NCBI GenBank assembly: GCA_019638515.1
Contig: JAHBTS010000002.1
Span: forward strand, 239,558-303,557
Reading direction: 5' to 3'
Source: Chitinophagales bacterium
GTDB taxonomy: Bacteria; Bacteroidota; Bacteroidia; Chitinophagales; LD1
Length of the DNA: 64,000 nucleotides
The translations under genes were made by a program, and so were the position numbers. Under the pieces are notes generated by a model. It worked only from the letters and a program-made list of their open reading frames with translations. It made no database searches and was not told the origin of the DNA. This document shows, one piece after another, positions 46,940 to 55,400 of the stretch (positions are counted from its first letter, which is position 1; each line of letters opens with the position of its first letter).

Positions 46940-47021
46940 AGGGCAAATGAAGCCAATATTCCTAAATCTTGGGTATGGGAGTTCATTTTTAGAAGATAAA
47001 TTTATGTAGGTTTGCGCACGT

Positions 47022-48050
47022 ATGAGATTACTGTTTGCAGCATGTTTGTTAGGTTTTTCGGTAAGTGCCGTGGCACAATCGAGAATACTAAACGGCACTC
47101 CGGTTCAGCCACCTGCTTTTGAATGGATGGCAGGGCTTTCGTACAGCAGCGATCCTTACGAGCATTTTTGCGGAGGCTCACTCATAAACTCGGAATGGAT
47201 TGTAACGGCAGCACATTGCGTAGAAGGCGAAACTCCAAGTTCTGTGAAACTATTCTTTAAAACCTATTATTTATCGAATCCTGTTTCGGGTTATTTTTCG
47301 GTAGATATAGATACCTTTTACATACATCCCGATTTTAATGATACTACGTACGATAACGATGTAGCGCTTATTCATTTACTGTATCCAATAACATCTATTA
47401 CGCCCATAAGGCTTGCCACTGTTGCCGAAACTTACCTTACCGATGCCGGAAAAGACCAAAACATAATTGGCTGGGGCAGACTTCATAAATGGAGTTTTGG
47501 AGGAAGCGACACCTTAATGGAAGCCTCTGTGCCCATTGTGGCAAGTTCTGTTTGCAATGGCAGCCAATCCTACGATGGTCAAATATCTGCCAATATGCTA
47601 TGTGCCGGATTTATGGCCGGAGGCACCGATGCATGCCAAGGCGATAGCGGAGGGCCGCTCTTTACTACCGACAATAACAATGAATTAGTACTCACCGGAG
47701 TAGTAAGCTGGGGCGAAGGCTGTGGCGAAAAGAATTTTCCGGGTGTTTATACCAAGTTGCAAAACTACTACACATGGATTACCGATTTTACAGGTAGCTT
47801 AACGGCTGTGGAGCATACCGAATTGCCACTGCAAACCACTGCTTATTACGCTAATAATTGGTTGCATATTACTGCTCCGGCTGCCATAAACTCTGTTGAA
47901 GTAATAGATGCTGCCGGAAGAGTAATTGAAAAAACAACTGCTACATCCGAGCATACAATGCAGTTACCTTTTAACCACAAAAGCGGTATTTACTTTTTAA
48001 AAGTTGCTGCGGGAAATGATTTCAGCACACAAAAATTCTTTGTTCATTAA
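47022..48050 (+). CDS. trypsin-like (S1) serine protease with T9SS type A C-terminal domain
   Basis: Catalytic triad context TAAHC, DNDVALI, GDSGGPL. C-terminal ~80 aa (..VEVIDAAGRVIEK...GIYFLKVAAGNDFSTQKFFVH) is a Por-secretion tail. Confidence 0.9.
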   Translation: MRLLFAACLLGFSVSAVAQSRILNGTPVQPPAFEWMAGLSYSSDPYEHFCGGSLINSEWIVTAAHCVEGETPSSVKLFFKTYYLSNPVSGYFSVDIDTFYIHPDFNDTTYDNDVALIHLLYPITSITPIRLATVAETYLTDAGKDQNIIGWGRLHKWSFGGSDTLMEASVPIVASSVCNGSQSYDGQISANMLCAGFMAGGTDACQGDSGGPLFTTDNNNELVLTGVVSWGEGCGEKNFPGVYTKLQNYYTWITDFTGSLTAVEHTELPLQTTAYYANNWLHITAPAAINSVEVIDAAGRVIEKTTATSEHTMQLPFNHKSGIYFLKVAAGNDFSTQKFFVH

Positions 48051-48060
48051 ACTATAAATT

Positions 48061-48534
48061 ATGCGTATGCGCTTTCTATTTGCTATAAGCATGCTTGTGT
48101 TTTTAAGTTGCACTGCCTTTACAAAACCAAACATTTCTGCACCCAAAAAGGATGGTGATAAAGATAAAATGTGGGTAGTAGATTCTACCAATAAAATAAG
48201 GTATATGCGCAAAGTGGTGGTGCTGAATAAGCGCGAATGGAAACCAGATAGAGCAGAACTCAATTTCCAAATTGCCGATGCCAGTTTAAAGGGTTTAAAA
48301 AAGAAAGCGCTGGAGGTGAAAGTAAAATATGGCGGAGGTTGCAGAGTACACCGTTTTCAATTGATAAAGCCTGTACAAACTTCTAAAGACACCCTGCAAC
48401 TTTACCTTACGCACGAAGGAAATAACGATAATTGCAGGGCATTTGTAATGAATGAAATGACCTTTGATGTGGCAAAACTAAAACTGAAAAAGAATAAAAA
48501 AACCATATTGATAAATAACATTACCGTGCAATAG
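48061..48534 (+). CDS. hypothetical lipoprotein
   Basis: 157 aa; MRMRFLFAISMLVFLSC lipobox; no recognised domain. Confidence 0.6.
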   Translation: MRMRFLFAISMLVFLSCTAFTKPNISAPKKDGDKDKMWVVDSTNKIRYMRKVVVLNKREWKPDRAELNFQIADASLKGLKKKALEVKVKYGGGCRVHRFQLIKPVQTSKDTLQLYLTHEGNNDNCRAFVMNEMTFDVAKLKLKKNKKTILINNITVQ

Positions 48535-48545
48535 CACCTAAAGAA

Positions 48546-48866
48546 ATGATACAAGAAAAAACAGTTGTGGAATTAAAAGCCATGATGGATAATGGCGAAG
48601 ATTTTCAATTGATTGATATACGCGAAGCCTATGAGTTTGATATTTGCAACCTCAACGGCATACTTATTCCCGTAGATGAAATTGAAGAAAATATTGAAAA
48701 AATTTCGCGCGAAAAACCTGTGGTAATACACTGCCGCAGCGGCTCTCGAAGCGCGTATATTACAGAGTATTTACAAAACACCTACCACTTTACTAACCTT
48801 TACAATTTAAAAGGCGGTATTTTAGCATGGTCAAACGAAATTGATTCGTCTATAACTAAGTATTAA
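48546..48866 (+). CDS. rhodanese-like domain protein
   Basis: 106 aa; active-site loop HCRSGSRS; ..LIDIREAYEF.. Confidence 0.85.
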   Translation: MIQEKTVVELKAMMDNGEDFQLIDIREAYEFDICNLNGILIPVDEIEENIEKISREKPVVIHCRSGSRSAYITEYLQNTYHFTNLYNLKGGILAWSNEIDSSITKY

Positions 48867-48902
48867 ACCAAACTAAACATAAAAACACAAACAGCATTCA
48901 AC

Positions 48903-49511
48903 ATGAAAGATACCATTCTAATTTCCTTAAATGCACTATTGCTTATTGCCGTTGGCGTATTGTTTTACTTGCATTTTTCTACGGCAAAACCTGCTACCAA
49001 AAACACACCTGCTGCATCGGCAAGCCAAGTGCCGGTAAAAGAATCGGGCTTAATTGCTTATGTAGATTTAGATTCTTTAGAAGCCAATTATATTTTATTT
49101 AAAGAGAAAAAAATTGAATTAGAAAAACGCCAAAAAAGTATTGAAACCACTTTAACTCAAAAGGCAGCTGCATTCCAAAAAGAATTGTATGCACTGCAAG
49201 AGCGCGCAGCCACCATGACCCAAAGCGAAGGAGAAGAGGCACAAAAAAGAATGTACCAAAAACAAATGGAATTGGAAGAAATGCGCGACCGCATGACCAA
49301 GCAATTTGTAGATGAACAAGAGGCCTTTAATAAAGATTTACAAGACCGATTAGATTCTTTTTTAAGTGTGTATAATGCCGATAAACGCTATTCATTTATT
49401 TTCAGCCATATAAAAGGTGGGCCACTGTTGTTTCATGACGAAGCATACAATATTACCAACGATGTAGTAAATGGTATGAACGAACAACACACCAAAGAAT
49501 CTAAGCAATAA
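48903..49511 (+). CDS. OmpH/Skp-family periplasmic chaperone
   Basis: 202 aa with an N-terminal anchor. Long coiled-coil region rich in K/E/Q (..FKEKKIELEKRQKSIETTLTQKAAAFQKELYALQ..) and the typical IAYVDLDSL entry motif. Confidence 0.8.
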   Translation: MKDTILISLNALLLIAVGVLFYLHFSTAKPATKNTPAASASQVPVKESGLIAYVDLDSLEANYILFKEKKIELEKRQKSIETTLTQKAAAFQKELYALQERAATMTQSEGEEAQKRMYQKQMELEEMRDRMTKQFVDEQEAFNKDLQDRLDSFLSVYNADKRYSFIFSHIKGGPLLFHDEAYNITNDVVNGMNEQHTKESKQ

Positions 49512-49530
49512 CTTAGCCCTCTCCTACTCT

Positions 49531-51000
49531 ATGCGCAAAAAATTTGCTCTGAATCTTGCTATTCTAATTGGAGCAAATTTATTGGTAAAGCCATTTTGGA
49601 TTTTTGGCATAGACCGTGTGGTGCAAAACACTTTAGGCGCTGCATCTTATGGTTTATTCTTTGCAGTTTTTAATTACTCGCTTTTGTTCAGCGTATTGCT
49701 GGATGTTGGTTTAAATAACTTCAACAATCGTGCGGTATCGAGAGTACAGGGGCGCTTACCTGAGTACTTTGGCAATTTGCTTTTACTAAAAGTTTTACTG
49801 GCAGTAGTTTACTTTTCACTCACCTTTATTGCTGCATGGTGGAATGGCTTTAATGCCGAAAAGCTACAACTGCTCAGTTTGCTGTTATGTAACCAGATAC
49901 TGCTTACACTTATTTTATTTTTCCGTTCGAATTTGCAGGCGTTACAGCTGTTTAAGGCCGACAGTATTATTTCTATTACCGATAGACTGCTTTCTATTTT
50001 CTTTTGCGGCAGCATTATTTGGTGGGGCGTTACAGAGTTAAGTATTGTATCTTTTATTCTTGCACAGTCTGCCGCATTGCTTATTACTTGCGCAATTGCG
50101 GGCGGCATAGTAGCCACCCGAGCCGGATGGAATTTTAAAATATGGAGTGCAAAATTCAGGTGCAAAATTTTAAAATCTACTTTCCCGTATGCACTATTGG
50201 TTCTGTTAATGACCATTTACGCAAGAATTGATGCAGTACTCCTGGAAAGTTTATTGGGTACAAACGGAGCTTTGCAAGCAGGTATTTACGCAGCCTCGTT
50301 TAGAATTTTTGATGCTGCCAACCAATTTGGTTTTTTATTCAGCACCATACTTTTACCCATGTTTGCCGCTAACTTCAAGCAACAAAAATCTAACGAAGAT
50401 TTGGTTGGTTTTGGCTTACAGGGCATCACTGTTTTTGCAGTGGGTGTTTCGGTATTGTGTGTGGTGTGGGCACCATATTTATTGCAAATTCTTTACCACC
50501 AAGCGGGTAAAGAATGGCAACAAGTATTTGTATTTACCATGTTGGCATTTATTCCTGCATCGTATATATACATTATGGGTACATTGCTCACTGCTAAAGG
50601 CGAAATTTTTACACTGTGTAAAATATCATTGGCAGCTGTGGCTTTCAACTTTACAGCCAATTACATCTTTATTCCCCAATTGGGTGCAGTAGGCAGTGCC
50701 GCAACTGCATTGGCTACCAATATATTGGTTTGCGTATTACACTTTGTTGCAGTTGTGAGCAGAACCGATATTCGTTTTTCATTAAAATTCTTAGGTAGTT
50801 TATTGGCATTTACGGCTGTAAGTTTTGCAACTTGCTATGCTTTTAGCCAAGTGGTGGCAGCATCGGTACTTGCGCTTGTTGTAAGCATGGGCATTATTGC
50901 AATACTGGCACTGCTGCTGCAAGTAGTACCCATACATGAACTACAAAAAATAATTGCAGGTTTAAATGCCCGTATAGTTAAACGGAGTAATGGCGCTTAA
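49531..51000 (+). CDS. polysaccharide/oligosaccharide flippase (MOP superfamily, Wzx-like)
   Basis: 489 aa with about 14 predicted TM helices and a flippase-like layout. Confidence 0.7.
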   Translation: MRKKFALNLAILIGANLLVKPFWIFGIDRVVQNTLGAASYGLFFAVFNYSLLFSVLLDVGLNNFNNRAVSRVQGRLPEYFGNLLLLKVLLAVVYFSLTFIAAWWNGFNAEKLQLLSLLLCNQILLTLILFFRSNLQALQLFKADSIISITDRLLSIFFCGSIIWWGVTELSIVSFILAQSAALLITCAIAGGIVATRAGWNFKIWSAKFRCKILKSTFPYALLVLLMTIYARIDAVLLESLLGTNGALQAGIYAASFRIFDAANQFGFLFSTILLPMFAANFKQQKSNEDLVGFGLQGITVFAVGVSVLCVVWAPYLLQILYHQAGKEWQQVFVFTMLAFIPASYIYIMGTLLTAKGEIFTLCKISLAAVAFNFTANYIFIPQLGAVGSAATALATNILVCVLHFVAVVSRTDIRFSLKFLGSLLAFTAVSFATCYAFSQVVAASVLALVVSMGIIAILALLLQVVPIHELQKIIAGLNARIVKRSNGA

Positions 51001-52299
51001 CTCGCTCTTTACAGTTTCGCTTACTTCTAAGCTTTGAATGAATAAAGCAATGCTTTCGCGGGTAATGCCCTCGGCTCCTCTGGTTAACTCCTTTAATTTT
51101 TCGTAAGGATTCGGATAATTTTCTCTACGTAGAACCGTTTGTATGGCCTCTGCCACTACTGCCCAATTGGCTTCCAAATCGCTGTGTAACTTAGCTTCAT
51201 TCAACAATAATTTGCCCAAGCCTTTTTCTATAGAAGCTATGGCAATGGCTATGTGCCCCATTGGTACGCCTACATTGCGCAAGACCGTAGAATCTGTGAG
51301 ATCGCGCTGCAAACGACTAATGGGCAACTTGGCAGCAAAGTGCTCCAACAGTGCATTTGCCACGCCCAAATTGCCTTCGGCATTTTCGAAATCTATTGGA
51401 TTTACTTTGTGCGGCATGGCACTGCTGCCTACTTCGTTCTTGTTTACCTTTTGCTTAAAATACTCCATACTTATGTATGTCCAAACATCGCGGCATAGGT
51501 CTATAAGAATATTGTTGATTCTCTTGAGCGCATCCATTTGTGCAGCCAAGTAATCGTAATGTTCAATTTGTGTGGTGTAAGTGCTGCGATGTAATCCCAA
51601 ATCTGCATTCACAAAATTTTCGGCAAACTGTTTCCAATCTGTATTGGGGAACGCCACTTTATGTGCATTAAAATTTCCGGTAGCGCCACCAAATTTAGCT
51701 GCATTGGGTATGCGCTGCAATTCGTTTAATTGCTTTTGAATACGCTCTACAAATACCTGTATTTCTTTTCCAAGTTTGGTAGGCGAAGCCGGTTGCCCAT
51801 GTGTATGTGCCAACATTGGAATGTGCTGCCAACTATCTGCCATTTGAGCCAATTGCGCTACTAATTTTTGAGTATTGGGCACTAATACTTCTGCAAAAAA
51901 ATCTTTTATAGAAAGTGGAATTGCCGTATTATTTATATCCTGCGAAGTAAGCCCAAAGTGTACAAATTCTTTGTATGCCGAAAGCCCCAGTCTTTCTAAC
52001 TTTTCTTTTACAAAATACTCAACTGCCTTTACATCGTGGTTGGTAATTTTTTCGGTTGCTTTTATTACTTCGGCATCTGCCAACGAAAAATTTTCGGCAA
52101 TGGCAGCAATACTATCGCTATGCTTTTTCAATTCATTCAATGCGGGAATATCTGATGCCAATGCCAGCAAATAACGCACTTCTACCAACACGCGGTAGCG
52201 AATAAGTGCATATTCCGAAAAGTAGTTTGAAAGCGCTGCTGTTTTATTTCTATAACGTCCATCTATGGGAGAAACTGCAGTAAGTTCTTGTAATTGCAT
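50962..52299 (-). CDS. purB: adenylosuccinate lyase
   Basis: 445 aa; ..SPIDGRYRNKT.., GLTSQDINNTA, SSAMPHKVNP signature. Confidence 0.96.
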   Translation of the reverse strand: MQLQELTAVSPIDGRYRNKTAALSNYFSEYALIRYRVLVEVRYLLALASDIPALNELKKHSDSIAAIAENFSLADAEVIKATEKITNHDVKAVEYFVKEKLERLGLSAYKEFVHFGLTSQDINNTAIPLSIKDFFAEVLVPNTQKLVAQLAQMADSWQHIPMLAHTHGQPASPTKLGKEIQVFVERIQKQLNELQRIPNAAKFGGATGNFNAHKVAFPNTDWKQFAENFVNADLGLHRSTYTTQIEHYDYLAAQMDALKRINNILIDLCRDVWTYISMEYFKQKVNKNEVGSSAMPHKVNPIDFENAEGNLGVANALLEHFAAKLPISRLQRDLTDSTVLRNVGVPMGHIAIAIASIEKGLGKLLLNEAKLHSDLEANWAVVAEAIQTVLRRENYPNPYEKLKELTRGAEGITRESIALFIQSLEVSETVKSELSAITPFNYTGI

Positions 52300-52333
52300 G
52301 GTGCAAAATTAAAAACTAAATGAAGAACCAAAC

Positions 52334-52377
52334 TAAAATCCCGCTACCCGATTTTAAAATTTTACCGAGTAGCGGGA
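52334..52377 (-). terminator. rho-independent terminator after the 1978-aa gene
   Basis: Minus strand: TCCCGCTAC-(loop)-GTAGCGGGA followed by TTTTAGTTT; 24 nt after the stop at 52401. Confidence 0.6.
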
Positions 52378-52400
52378 CTTTAGCTATACGTATCTATTGC

Positions 52401-55400
52401 TTATCTGGCAGACACCCATTTTATGTATTTGGTTTCGTTGTTTATTGAAACTTCGGTAATGTATGTGCCCGATGCCAGTGCTTGCTCAAATTGCATTTCT
52501 ATTTGGTTTAATCCCACATACACAGGCTGTTGCATATCGTAAATAAGTGCTCCACTCAAATTGAATGTTCTAACAGAAAGTACACCTTCTGCTGCTGCAT
52601 TCAGCATCAATTTGGCTTGTGCACTACCTACTGTTGCAATGCTTGCCCACTCAATAGTTTTAGTATTGCCTTCTTTTACCATTGCACTTACTACTTTGGT
52701 AATTTCAAATTGTGCATCGAAATCAATTTGCTTTAAGCGATAGTAGTACACTACGTTTGCCGTAACTTTTTTATCTTCAAAAGTGTAGCTGATAGTTTCT
52801 GTTGTGTACCCGTTTCCATCTACCCAACCTATGGCTTCAAAATTTTCGCCATCGGTACTGCGTTGCACTTCAAAACCTTTGTTGTTTATTTCTGCACCTG
52901 TTGCCCATTCCAAGTTAATTTGCTTTGATGCTGCAGTTGCTTTAATGTGTAGTAATGTTACAGGTAGCGGGTTGCCGCCTCCATTTTTATTTCCTAAAGA
53001 AAAATCGCTGAAAGAATTAAAAGCGGAAGGATTGGATGTGGAGGTAATAAATCCTGCACCATTGGCGCTGCCTACACCTCCAATGCTTATCCATTTATTG
53101 GGTTGGGCCGATGTATTCTTTACAATGCGCAAGTTGGCGGCATCTTCTACATAATCGGAGCTATCGTAATACAGTGTAATTACTTGGTTGCCTTGTAAAT
53201 TTGCATTAGACTTCACTTTAGTAGCAGTAACCATTCTTTCTATTTTCCAAATACGCATATCGGAAACTAGGTTGATGCTATCGGAAAGTGTTCTGTTTAA
53301 AGCTCTGGCAGATTCGTTTTTCAACAGCGCAGCGTATGTGTAACTAGTGGCTGCATTGTGGCGCACAGTTAGCTCTACCGGGCGATATACAGTATCTCTA
53401 CCTATCGGGAAAGTAAGTAACCTTGTAGTAGCTGCTGCCATTTCGTAGTTTAAATGACCATCTACATAAGCATTTTTGTTTCCAATATTTGAAGTAGCAT
53501 TGTTTAATAAGGTAAGAACATTCAAACTATCCGATAAAATTTTTCCGTTGGTGAGTGTAAGCAATCCGTTTACTGCTATATCCACCGGAGTATGTAGCAC
53601 TACCGGATAGGCCGGATTTTTATCTATGGTTAGTCTTCTTATTGCAGGAGTAAGTGCCGGAGCGCCTACGATGGTTTGAAGAGAATCGCCTGCCATTACT
53701 ACATATCCGTTTGCGCCAAATGTGCCGAATGTTATTACACCTGTGCCTGCTGTTTCTAATGTGTTTTTAAACGTTACAGCAGTATTGTAAGTTGGGTCTA
53801 ATAGTCCGCCTCCTGTTCTTACAAACTTTGCATTGCCGTTGTACTCATCTTGAATAGTAGCAGCTAAATAAAGGTAAGAAGAAGACTCGTTTGTAATGAT
53901 AGCACTATCATTAAATACATTGCCTCCTGTCCATGCATTGTTGCCTGTTCCATTTTTTGTAATTCTAACTACGTTGTTAAAAGTATCTCTAACAAAATTT
54001 ACTTGCGGTGCTATAAAATCTATTTCTTCACCAAAACTTGAGTTGCTTACGGTAAGTATGGTAGCGCCACCCAACGATATAGTAACCGGGCCTCTTGCAC
54101 CAAGTTGCTGCACTTTATTCAATAAAAAGTTAGAAGCGCTATAACCTCCTGCACCCAATAATATTCTGCATGTGCTGGAAAAAGCACTAGTACCGTTACC
54201 TCTTCCAAAGCTCACTCCGGTACCTCCGGTTGCGCTGCAATATGCGTTATCGTTAAATACAGCATTACCTCTGTAACTTACATCTATAATTGATGCAGAG
54301 CCCGAGCAATTGTTATTAAAATATACTCTTCTATTGAAAACAGACTGACCTAACCCATTTTGAAAGCGAATTAAGTTAGAGGCTCCGGTTCCTTCATTAG
54401 AAGCAATTACTACACCATTGAATTCGCAAGCTGTACTGTTTCCTTCGCAAAAACGAATTCCCGGATTGCCTGCAGCCACAACAGAGCTATTTACTGCTAT
54501 CAGCGTATCGCCAAAAAATGTGGTTTTACCAATGTGGTTATTGGCCATAAACAAATATCCGGCTCCGGTATTTAATAGCACCGTTTTCTGTGCAAAAGTA
54601 TCGGCATTGGTAGCTCCCATTATGAATGTGCCATTGCTGCTGTTTTTCAACAATGCAAAACCGGAAAATACATTTCCACCTGCAGAACTGTTGGAGCCGG
54701 AGCCATTCTTTTCAATAATACTTGAATCTGCAAAAGTGGCGCCATGCAGCAATAGTTGAGGAGCAGTAAAATTAGTTTTAGCATTAAAGATATTACCCGC
54801 AGCAACCGTAAAAGTGCCTAAGCCGCTCAAGGTGCTCGTTACATCACCATTAAAAGTATTTCCGCTGTTAAAGTAAAGCGAAGCTGTTCCCGATAAGTTC
54901 AACACTTGCGGTGTGTTGCCAAGCTGTGTAAAGTTTCTGATACTCACAACTCCTGCGGTAATACCAACACTTCCTGCTGCAATAGTTTTTCCTGAAGCTA
55001 ATGTAATAGCTGCGGCTGTTGCTTCTCCTAAATAAATTCCGCCTGTTGCATGCGTGCAATTCAACTCAATGTTTTCATTAAAAACATTAGTTCCACTGTA
55101 TGCAACTCTTACATTGCCCGCACCTGTTTTATTAAGTACTACATTGCCATTGTAGGTACTACCCGATAAGTAGTCTAAAAGAATTTCATAACCAGATGAA
55201 TTGCTTACTACCACATTTCCAGCGAAAGTATTGCCATAATTAGTTCTTAAATAACCGCCTGCTGTTGGAGCCAACGAAATAGATACAAATCCATTAAACG
55301 TATTGCTGCCGTTGCTTGTATTGTTGGCTATGCCTGTTTTAGTAATCCAAGTAGAATCGCCAAAGGTAGTACCGCTCAAAAATAACTGAGGAGCTGTAAT

